Source: Hyaloraphidium curvatum SAG 235-1
Taxonomy: Eukaryota; Fungi; Monoblepharomycota
Direction of reading: 5' to 3'
Assembly: GCA_025558095.1 (NCBI GenBank)
Contig: JAIVFI010000001.1
Coordinates: forward strand, 682,001-746,000
Length of the DNA stretch: 64,000 nucleotides
In this document: positions 45,936-56,459 of the stretch, piece by piece
Position numbering within the stretch: the stretch's first letter is position 1
Layout of the letters: each line of letters opens with the position of its first letter
Made by a program: the position numbers and the translations under genes
The notes under the pieces: model-generated
Database searches by the model: none
What the model was told of the DNA's origin: nothing
What the model saw: the letters and a program-made list of their open reading frames with translations, nothing else

Positions 45936-48900
45936 ATGGACCTCCACCGCCGGTCGCGCATCGGCGGCGGGTTCGCCGGCAACGGCGCCGTGAACGGCGA
46001 GTACGACGCCGACTCGGACGCGGAGCTCTCGACGGCCAAGACGCCGGCGCTCAAGCGGTCCAAGGCCGCAAAGCGCTACGTCGCCGAGCGCGCCGAGTCG
46101 GACGGCTGGGAGCGGCCGACGGCCGTGCTTTTGGCCGCCGTGTTCGCCACGTTCCTGTTCATCCACTGGCACTTTTGGAGGACGCCGGCGCCGGTGGCCG
46201 CCGCGGGAGCCTACGCGCGCGGCAACGTGCCCGTGTTCTCGGAGGAGATCGCCCGCGGGCACATCAGGCACCTGTCGGAGACAATCGGCTTCCGGCAGGT
46301 CGGCACGCGGGCCCACGAGGACGCGGTGCAGTGGACGGCCGCGGAGCTCGAGCGCATCCGTGCCGCCGCGCTGGAGCGCGCCAAAGAGGGCAGCTACGAG
46401 CCCCCCGTCTTCGAGGTCGAGGTCCTGCGGAGCACGGGCTCGCACCGCTTCGACATCGCGGGCAAGATGGTGCACAAGCTCTACCACGGCATCCCCTCGG
46501 TGCTCGTCCGGATCTCGTCGCAAAAGCTGGACGGCGCGCTGCCCCGCGAGGAGCGCTGGGGGCTGCCCTCGGTCATCCTCAACTCCCATTTGGACACCAA
46601 CTACGGTTCGGCCGGCGCCGCGGACGCCGCCTCGGGGATCGCCGTCCTTCTCGAAACCGCTCGGATCCTCTCGCACCGCCCCACCTCCTCGTGGCGCAAC
46701 CCCGCCGTTGTCCTGTTCAACGGCGCCGAAGAATCGCTGCAGGACGCGTCGCACGCCTTCATGCTCTCCTCGCCGCACAACCGCTCCGCGCGCGCGCTGA
46801 TCAACCTCGAGGCGTGCGGGCAGGGAGGCAGGGAGGCGCTGTTCCAGGTCAACTCGCGCGGCATGGCCGAGGCGTACAAGCGCGGGGGGAGGAACTTCCA
46901 CGGGTCGAGCCTGGCCAACGACGTCTTTGGCACGGGCTTGGTGCTCAGCGATACCGATTTCCGCCAGTTCATGGCCTACGGCGGGGACGAGGTCGTCGGG
47001 GTCGACCTGGCCTACTACACCAACTCGTTCGTCTACCACACCATGAAGGACGTGGAGCGGACCATGGGCGTCGGGTCGGTCCAACACATGGGCGAGAACG
47101 CGGCGGGGATGGCGGGGTACCTGGTCGGCGAGGACCTGTCGGATCCCAAGTTCAGGAGGAAGACCGACTTCCTGCACTTTGACTTTCTCGGTGGGCTTTT
47201 CTCGCCGTCGAGCTGCGCAACTTGCTGGCTGACGTCTCGTCGCCAATTCCAGGGAGCTTCATCCTCTATTCGTGGAGCTTCGCCGTCCCGTTCCACCTCA
47301 CCGTGGCCGCCGCCGGCGTCGCGATCTGGCACGCGCACTACCGCCGCGAGCTCGCCGCGCACCCCAAGCTCCGGCAGGGCGTCAAGGCCTCCCACTTTGC
47401 CGCCGCCGCCTCGCTCGTCCTCTCGATGGGCCTCGCGGCCGCCGGCGCCTCCTCGGCCAACCTGCTGCACAAGCTGCTGGGCGTCAGGAGCATGGTCTGG
47501 TTCTCGCGGGCGTGGCACCCGGCCATCCTGTTCGGCTCCGCGGCGCTGGCCGGGATCGCCGTGGGGCAGCACCTCGCGAGGATCTTTGTCGCCGCGCGGT
47601 GGGAGCCGCTGGCCAGGAGCGCGGCGATCGAAGCCCGGACCATACACGCGCTGCTGCTGGACTACTCGCTGCTGTTTGCGGTGGCGACGCTGGCGGGGGT
47701 CGGCAGCAGCTTCCTGCTCCTGGTGCAGGTGCTCGGCCTGATGGCCGCGTGCCTCGCCGCGCAGTTTGTCAGCCCCGGTCAGGCGCCCAAGACGGGTGCA
47801 TTGGTGCACCAGGAGCCCACATACCCGGCTCGCCCTCCCTTGGCCTCGTACCTGCTGCAGCTGGCCATCTCGGGGCCGCTCACCATGGGATACGCCATCT
47901 CGATGTCGGAGCTCTTTGTGCCACTCCTCGGCCGCATCGGCCACGCCGCCCCCGCGGACGCCATCGCCGCCGGTCTAGGCGTCGTCATCTCGGGCCTCGT
48001 TGCCGTCGTGCACGCCCCCTTCATCCACCGCTTCGGCGAGCGGCACGGGCGCAACACCGCCCTCGTGCTCACCGTCCTCGCCGGTTTCATCGCCCTCTAC
48101 TACTCCACCAAGTTCCCGTTCGACGACAAGGCGCCGAAGCGGCTGTACGTGCAGCACCGGCTCAACGTGACCTCGGGCGAGTCCTTCCTCGACATTGCCC
48201 ACGCGGACCGGGAGGCGAGGGCGCTGGACGAGGCCGTGGCGGCGGTCGAGGAGCGGATGGGGATCTGGAGCGGGCAGCCGGCGTCGGAGCGGATACAGGC
48301 GCAGACCGAGGCGGACCATGCGGCCAAGGTGCTCGAGTGGGAGGCGCTTTACCCGTTCAAGTGGGTTCGATGCAGATTGGGCGTCGCAGGAGCTTGACTG
48401 ATTGCGCGTCTTGCCAGCTACTTCCTCAACTCGATCAGGATCCCTGCCGCGACGGTGCTGGCGGCACTCGGGGAGCCGTACTTCGCCCCCGAATCGAGGC
48501 CCGCCGAGCCCTCGGTGCACCTCCTCTCCTCGACCTGGAACGCCGGGTCGGGCACACGGGACGTGCACCTCGAGTTCCGCCACAAGGGCCTCATCTCGTG
48601 CACCGCGTCCCTGGGCGGCGAGGTGATCGCGTGGGACCTGGACTCGCCGATACCCGAGGACGAGGACTCGGACCCGTGGAACCCCTCGGTGCGGTTCAAG
48701 CGCGTGCGGCACGTCATCCGCACCGTGGGCGGGCTGGACGAGGATACCTTCACGGTCCGCGCGACCGTGAAGCACGATTCGGAGGATGCCAAGCTGCGCG
48801 TGGACTTCTGGGGGCTGGACCGGAGGTCCTGGGGCGAGGGCTCGGGCGATTTCGGGCCGCACGGGGACAAGGGGACCGGGTGGGAGGGCGGCGAGGTGCT

Positions 48901-48979
48901 GCGCTTTGCGAGGACGGCGCTGCCCCAGTGGACGGCCCCGATGCTCGTTGCCAGCGTTGGCGGGGTGTGGTGGTTCTAG
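45936..48979 (+). CDS. M28 metallopeptidase, ERMP1/Pff1-like, multi-TM; 2 introns
   Basis: LNSHLDT, GAADAASG, FNGAEE, NLEACG, SDTDF, YHTMKD, TM block, FPFDDKAPKR. Confidence 0.93.
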
Positions 48980-49035
48980 CGACATGGTATGATCGCTAGA
49001 TTCGGAACTCACGAGAGATACACGCTTTCGGCTCG

Positions 49036-50837
49036 CTACATGTGCGTCGGACAGATCGATTCCATCGTGACGTAGATCCCTGAAATGCGGAAGATCGACC
49101 AGAGGCCGACCAACAATGTGAAAACTGTGATGAGCACGTTGCGCGCTACCATCGCATCCACGGCGAACCCGAGCAGCTTCCCCCTGAACCGTTCTACGCT
49201 CAGGAAAGATTCCAGGGCGAGGTCATGGCGCCGCGCCATTTGCAGAGCCACGCGCCGGGACGGATCCGAGCGCAGCGCCATCGTCCTCAGCTCCTTGCGC
49301 GCGGAGAGGTAGAGGTCCGTGATCACGGTGATCTGCGAATTGCTGACGGCGATGTTGACCACGTCGATCGTGAGGATCAGGATCGCAAAGCAGGTGATTC
49401 CCAGGAACCACCCGGTAACGCACATCCCAGCGATCTGTAGCAAGAATGGTCAAGATCGAGAGTCCACGACAGCCGGAATTGACGCGACAAAACTCACGAT
49501 GTTGAGGATCAAATTAATCGGGACCATGAAAAACGTCAGCACCAGTATGACTGCACCCGAGGCCAGGAGAGGTAGCCGCTCCTCCCACGACGCGGTGAGC
49601 GAGTCGTGCAGCTTGACGTACAGCTCCTCGCTCTGCTCCCCGTGCGCCGCATCCACCTCCGGCCCGAACAAGGCCTTTCGCTGCCGGTCCAGCATGGAGC
49701 TAAGCGCAATGCTCATCGCACGGTGATGCAAACGCATGGAGATGCGGAGCAGAGAAATGTTGCCGCTGAAGCGGGCGGTGAGGTTCACGACAAAGTACAA
49801 GGCGCATGTGGCGACTTCGACCGAGTTGGATCAGAACAGCGAGGTGCATTTTCGAGCTCGAACCTACCACTGAGGACTCCAAAAGTTGCAAAGTACCACG
49901 TGGTCCAGAATCTCGGTCCGAATGATACAAGGGAAGTGTACCCCAGAGCGATCGCGTATGTGAAAAAGCACAGTGAAAATCTGATGGCATACTCCATCAC
50001 CCTCAAGTGTCCGCTTTGCTTCAGTAAAGCGCCCGCGCAGCTCGGCAGGATGCACGGGCAGAGCGGATCCGTGTGATCGTGGCGGACGAGCTTCGAGGCT
50101 CCCTCGGCCTGCAGCTCCCCTTTCTCCTCTTTCGAAGGGGCGTTTTCCATTTCCACGTCCGCACCCGCTTCGATGAGCTGGACCCATCGAACTGCCGGCC
50201 CGAGTGGATGCCGGCTCAGGTCCCCAGCAGCGGCCGCTCGGCCCGGTTCAGGGCGGGTCACGGTTGCGCGCAGACCGATAAACAGCGGGCCAATGACCAG
50301 AGCCAACAGAAAGACGCTGATATTGATGGTCCCTGGAAACGGCAAGGGGCCCATTAGCGTAGGAGAGGGCCGCGGGTGCCTCAACCCACCAATGATGAGC
50401 TGGCTCGTCCCGAAGCGGCCGTCGTTGAGGACCCACATGGCCACCACCACTCCGATCGTGGGCACCAGATACAGAAGGTATCGCTCCAACATTTTGGCTG
50501 AGAAGGGCGCCAGCCACAGCTGGAAGGCGCAAATGAGCCGCTGGGGAGTGCTGCCCCGCAGTCCGCGCAGGAGCGCTTCCTCGTTCAGCGGGTCCGAGAG
50601 GCGCAGGTGCTCGGCAGGATCATAGGGCCGATATTCGCCGAGCGACGGTGGTCTCGGCGGCCGGGAGGGAAACAGGGTGAGCCATTCCCGGGGCGTGAAC
50701 GAGGCCGGCGCGGACGGGGGCGCGGAAGACAGGGTGTCCGCGCCGTTCAGTGCGTCGTCGTCGGGTGCGCTGCTGCGCCTGAAGGATAGCGTGCCCGACG
50801 TGCCGGGCATGGTCGCGGACTCGGAATGGCCGTCCAT
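49036..50837 (-). CDS. Putative 7-TM receptor/ion-channel-like protein, copy 5 (divergent); 3 introns
   Basis: FTPREWL, DPAEHLRLSDPL, LNDGRF, HPL...RW, HDHTDPLCPCILPSC, FWTTWY, LHHRAMSIAL, EELYVKLH, shared intron before IAGMC, AVSNSQI, LLGFAVD, MESIC. Confidence 0.8.
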
Positions 50838-50978
50838 TGTCTTGTGACTGGAGGCGGTTCTACGTGGAAGAGCGATTTCTATTTGGAACGCGGGGTCCCT
50901 GCGCAAAGCTGGCTGGCGCTGACATCATTTTGCCACGCTGAAGTCGACCAGCGTTGAATGCATGTTGCTTCGGCTCAA

Positions 50979-52032
50979 CTACATATCTCCCTTGGCGTGT
51001 TCCGCCGCGTCCATGTCACAGCTTCGGCAGACCTTGCATGCCGGGATCCTCGTCCGCACGGTTCCTGCCGTCTCTTTCGTCCAGTAGGCATCGCCTTCCC
51101 TCGGGAACCCCAGCAGCTCCCTCTGCCTCCCTCCATGCGCTCCAGCATCTCCTCGAACTTCCCCCGCTCTGGCGGATCGGGCGGTACCGCCGCCCAGGCG
51201 CTGTACGCGTTGGCCGCCCAGCCGACGTGCCAGGACGTGATCCTGAAGCCCGCGGCCTCGCTCTTGTACATCATGTTGACCACCGCGCGGGACCGCCCCG
51301 GCAGGAGCGGTGTGCCGGGGTGCCACAGGTCCAGGCGGTGGAAGAGGATGGTCCCCACGCGGAAGTCGAGGTACTCCTCGCGTGCGTACAGCGTCCGCCG
51401 CAGCTCGAATGCTTCGGGATCCCGCGTCTCCAGGTCCTTTTCTGCCAGAATCCGGTTGTTGATCCACGGGTTCAGGCCGAACCCTCGCATCAACTTGTAA
51501 TCCGGGTCATTGCCGCCCCTCCGTTTGACCAGCGCGGTCCGGCCCCCACAATCGGTCGCGTCGTCAAAGTAGGCGATCATGGCCACTGCTTCGGGCCGAT
51601 CCCACGGCGACGGGTGGACTAGGTGGTGATTGGGGAAGTCCATTGTATCCGCTGGTCATCGTTGTCGAACGGCGTAGGGGCAACCCCGGGATCGCGGCCG
51701 TGCTTGAGCCACGCCTCTCCCTGGGACAGTAGCAGACGCGGCGTGCCCAACAGCTCCGCGCACGCGCCGACGACGCGTCGGTGCATCACGAGGTCGTTTA
51801 GCGGGGCATAGCGCCGGTCCAGAAAGGGAAAACTGGCCCTGCCAAAGGTTGTCGAGTCGCCAGCTTTGCCGCCGCCGGGGTCGCCGAGCGCTCTCGTGGC
51901 AGCGCGGAACGCAGCGGCCTCTGCGACCGTGGGCACCTCGCCCGGCCCGGCGACCGCCGTCGCGCACGCGTGAACGGCGAAGAAGCCGTCACTTCTCCAC
52001 GACGCGATCTGCTCGGCTGTCAGGACGCCCAT
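50979..52032 (-). pseudogene. Phytanoyl-CoA dioxygenase (PhyH)-like 2OG-Fe(II) oxygenase, frameshifted (pseudogene or assembly errors)
   Basis: LTAEQIASWRSDGF start; DQRI[H]MDFPNH broken near 51645; distal HRLDLWH; second shift near 51130 before QRELLGFPREGDAYW. Confidence 0.7.
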
Positions 52033-52147
52033 TTCCAGGGGTCGCCGGCCCGAGTAGGTGCTGAATGAGAGCCGCTGCCGCGCTCCACTATTTGCCTCCC
52101 GCTTCGATCGTCCCGGTCAACTGTCCCCCAAGCTCCATCTCGTGGAC

Positions 52148-53537
52148 ATGACCGCCCGCGCTGTTCCCGCCGACGCGTCGGCAGCCGCCACCGATCCTGC
52201 CGTCCTGCAATGGATGGTCGGCTCCCCGCCTCCTCCCGAGAAAGTCATCAGGCACAGCGACGTGGAGGCCAACGGACTACCGCGCTTCTTTTCTTTCCCG
52301 TGGTGCCGATGGGGATTCGCTAGCCTCAGACAGCTGTACGTTGCTTGTTCAACGTGTCTTCCGTGAAGCTCGGGCTGAACCGCAGTTCTCGAAGTGTTCC
52401 CACGGTGAAGATCTCTCGTGGCGATGGCCCAGTTTCGGAGGTTCCGAGAGGCGAAAGAACGGACCTCGACGACGTCAAGTACACGCCACTGGGGTCGTCC
52501 GAGCAGCTCACCTGGAAAGACTCGCTGGACCGCAACTTCACGGACGCCATTGTGATCCTTCACAAAGGCACGATCGTCTACGAGAAGTACTTCGGGATCA
52601 TGGCTCCGGACCGTGAGCACATGGCTGCCAGCGTCACCAAATCCTTCACGGGGATGCTCGCCTCGGTGCTCGTTCACGAGGGCGTGATCGACGAGAATGC
52701 GCTCGTGACCAAGTATGTCCCCGAGCTCGAGGGGTGGGTCATCCGCTCGTGGTTAGCTTCACCGCCGCTCACCACGCTTTGTTCAGGTCGGCTTTCGGCG
52801 ACGCCACCGTACGAAACGTGATGGACATGAGAACCGGGGTTGCCTACACCGAGGACTACGCCGATCCCGATGCGGGCATCTGGGAGGCGCTGCGCGCCAC
52901 GAACTTCTTCCCCCGGCCGGCGGGCTACTCTGGCGCCAGGTCGACCTACGAGTTCCTCGTGAAGCTGAAGAAGAACGGTCCCCACGGCGCGGACTTCAAG
53001 TACAAGACCGTCAACACGGACGTCCTCGGCTGGATCATCCGCCGGGCGACCGGGAAACCCTACGTGCAGCTGCTCTCGGAGCGGTTCTGGGCGCCTCTCG
53101 GATGCGAACGCGACGCATCGATCTCGGTGGACGAGGAAGGCACCGAGTTTGCCGGGGGCGGCCTGATGCCCTGCCTCCGGGATCTGGCCAGGGCCGGCGA
53201 AATGCTCCGGCTGGGTGGCAAGTTCAACGGACGGCAGATCCTGCCCGCGGCCGTGGTCGAGGACATCCGGCACGGCGGCTCGCCCGAGGCGTTCAAGGCG
53301 TTCGGGGCGCCAACGATGCCCGGGGGCGCGTACCGCTCGCAGTTCTGGGTGACCAACAACGAGCACGGGTGCTACGCAGCTCGCGGCGTCCATGGGCAGG
53401 GCATCTGGGTGGACCCAAAGGCGGACGTGGTGATTGCCCGGTTTGCCTCGCACCCAATCTCGACCAACGCGCAGATTGATCCGCACACCCTTCCCGCCTA
53501 TGTGGCCGTAGCAAAGCACTTGGCGCTCAAGCATTGA
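52148..53537 (+). CDS. Beta-lactamase-fold serine hydrolase, 6-aminohexanoate-dimer hydrolase (NylB)-like; 2 introns
   Basis: WMVGSPPP, ASVTKS (SxxK), MDMRTG, FKYKTVNTDVLGW, YRSQFW, ARGVHGQ. Confidence 0.9.
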
Positions 53538-53591
53538 AGGGCTCACAACTGCATTGAATTCGAAACTTCGTAAACTCAGGCTTAAGGGCCG

Positions 53592-55210
53592 TCAGAGGCC
53601 CGTAGGGCAGAACGTTTCCATTGTGAATCTTACGCCCGCCCCTTTCGCGATCGAGAAAGCTGCGACGCCCAGGGTGACCAGTGTCGCACCGAACGCCCTC
53701 ACTGCGCCGAAATCCACTTCAAACCCGAGGACCCGTACCATGCTGGACCTTCCTTGGCCTACGAGCGCGTCCAGCCGTGCGTCATGTGCGGCAAGCTCCT
53801 TTGCCGCTGCTGCTTCAGTATCACCGTACCGCGCGATGGCGAGGAGACGGTCGCGGATTGGTAGCTGCGCAGTGCAGAGGAGGTCCGTGAGGATGTGGAT
53901 CCGGGAGTTGAACGCTGCTACACTGAGGAGGAGAACGGCGTAGTAGTTTAAGTACCATGCCACAACAAAGATCTGCCAAGCAGTGACGCAGCCAAAAGCA
54001 ATCTGCATCCCAGGAGGGTCGGGAAACGTCATCGGGGCTCAGACTCTGGAACAGCACTACCTACAGCCGTCACGGCAATGCCGGCCAGCACGATAAGCAT
54101 GGCCCCGGAAACCATCTTGTTCAGCGCCCTCAAGGGCCCAAAGAGGGACCCGTCTTTCCACGACGCTGCAAGGTGCAAAAAAATGACAGCGTAGGCGTCG
54201 CTCGCGGCAACGCCATCGGCAGAGGAAGTCTCCTCTGCTGCCGAGCTGGCCGAGCCGGATTCGTAAGCGTTGATCAGAGCGTTGAGTGCGTCCGAGAGAG
54301 CCCTCCGCTGCACGCGCATAGTGAGCTCGGTGACGGGAATGGCCGGGATAAGGTCAATATAGGTGCTTGTTCCGGTCACGGCGACTAAGAAAGCGAGTAT
54401 CACTGCAATTGGTCCAAACGCAATAGAGTCGGTCGTTTGAGCATTCAACCGCAGTCTCCGAAGGGCACTTACAGTAGATTGCGCCAAAAGACGCACCCCA
54501 CCAAGTGAACCAAAAGGTCTGAGCATGCGAAACAAATGCCGTCCACGCAAAGCAGAGGTAGAACGCCGCGCAAAGCCCAAAAATGGTGCACATAACACTG
54601 ACGTAGCTGATGCCGATCCAGACCGCGTTCTCGCGGACGCAGGCTGGGCATGGGCAAAGCGCGTCGCCTTCCACGTGGCGCACCAACGGGGACGCCTGCT
54701 TGCTCTCGCCGCTGCCATCTTCAAGCAACCTGGCCCACCTGTCGATCGAGGCAAGAGGAAGGGCGGAGTCGAGGTTTGGGTTGGGCAAGACCAACTTGAA
54801 AGGTACGCCGCGCAGATTGCGGAACCATATGGCAGCAACGAACGCGTTGGGGGCTAGTAGTACCAAGCTGCACACGGCAATCGAAGCCGGCGAAAAGACG
54901 CTCGGGGCCCACAACGCAGCGGCTGCGGCGGGCAGCGCGGCGAGAGCGCCGAACCAGCGACAGCGCCGCTAACGCGCGAGACCACAGGCCACGGCGCAAC
55001 CAACGCGTGCGCAGCGAGCGCGTAGCGACCAAAAAGCGGCGCGCCGATCGCCGCACAAGCCGCCCGGAACGTCTGCGGGCGGCACCGGGAAGAATCGCGG
55101 TGCGCGGACGCCGCCTCAGCGCTGGGGTCTGGCTTTGCGCGCCCGCCCGGCAGCGGCGCCGCCAGCGCGCGGATGTTGGGCAGCACTGCGAGCCACTCTT
55201 CCGGCGTCAT
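53592..55210 (-). CDS. Putative 7-TM receptor/ion-channel-like protein, copy 6 (most divergent; apparent frameshift near 54960)
   Basis: MTPEEWL, PLASIDRW, HVEGDALCPCPAC, FWFTWW, RRALSDAL, shared intron before IAFGC, AFNSRI, LGFEVDFGAVR, METFC. Confidence 0.72.
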
Positions 55211-55944
55211 TTTCCCAGCGGCTCAGATTCAACCTCGTCTGAGCGCAATGAGGAGCTGTGTAGCAGCCGCCAATCCCTCCGTACATGTAGAAACCCCCCT
55301 ATCCTGTGACATCCTGGGAGAGGTTAAACTCCATGGGTCCTACGGCGGGATCCTGCGGCTGGGCCCGTGCGCCCCCGCTCCGTAGATGAGGAGTAGCAGG
55401 ACGAAGCTGCCCTTTCCGAACAAAAGGTTTCCCGCATCGTTGATCGCCGCGAGCAGCGAGGCCAGATCGTGCGAGCCCGCTCCAGAGCCACCGCATGCAG
55501 CAGAGACACGTCCGAGCAGCAGATGCAGGGAGAGAAAGAATAGACTGAGTTGCACGAACCGCTCGCGTAATGAAGCGCCGGCGCTGCAGTGTCCAAGCAC
55601 GAAGGAACAACAGCCGGGTGCGCACGAATGACTTCCAGATCTAGCATCCACTTGAAGATCCCGGGATGCGTCCAGGAGCTCAGCGCATGGTCGCGGGGAT
55701 AGCACGCAAACTCGCGTTGGGTCGCCAAATCGAAATCGTCACCAAAGAAAGAAATCTTGGACCATCCGAAGAGCCTAGCGAGCCCCTAAGCCACGCATTT
55801 CATCCCACTGCTTCAGAGGCTCGAAGTAGGGGCGCCGAGAAGTCTTCGTTGGCCCATGTCCGTACTGCTTTAGCGTACAATACGTTTCCCACGGACCAGC
55901 TCCTAGGATGAAAGGTCAACACCGTTAAAATAAAACAGTCATAA

Positions 55945-56400
55945 TCACTCACTGAACTCCCCGTCCAGCTCGGCAAGGGTGGATATGAACTCCTTGGACT
56001 CCTCCCGGTCGCCCAAAGTATGGTGCCAAGAGCCTTCTTCATCACTGTCCTTCAGCGGGGAAGCATTAACGAGCATCCACTCCACGGACGTATCGGAGGG
56101 GAAGGTGAGAGCGCTGCCCAACGCTTTATTGAGATCGAAGTCGCCGCAGAGCTCCAACCACGCCTCGAGAAATCCGATATGATGACTAGCGGCCGCAATC
56201 TTTGTGGCGCTATGAGTTTTCATTCGGGCATCCTTGAGCGCTCGGACCCGTTCTTCCCGGTTGGAGGCTCCGAGAGGAGGGACGAGGGCGCGCAGCATTG
56301 TCGCGTCCCCAGCTGCGGCAGCCGCGATAACCGACGGAACGTCGTCCGAATCGAGAATCTCCCGAAGCCATTTCGCCGCGCGAGTCGCCGTTCTGTCCGA
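55945..56400 (-). CDS. Possible ankyrin-repeat protein exon or remnant
   Basis: AAAAGDATMLRAL and AAASHHIGFLEAWL resemble ankyrin repeats; gene limits unclear. Confidence 0.35.
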   Translation of the reverse strand, partial: SDRTATRAAKWLREILDSDDVPSVIAAAAAGDATMLRALVPPLGASNREERVRALKDARMKTHSATKIAAASHHIGFLEAWLELCGDFDLNKALGSALTFPSDTSVEWMLVNASPLKDSDEEGSWHHTLGDREESKEFISTLAELDGEFSE

Positions 56401-56459
56401 TGTGTCACGATTGATATTTCGCGGCGGGGCGACCGTCCCCGCGTCCCCGGAAGGAAGCA

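Noticed and set aside
21029-55210. GPCR call for the 7TM family
   Set aside because: No signal peptide or GPCR motifs; very short C-tail and long TM4-5/TM6-7 loops fit inverted topology better.
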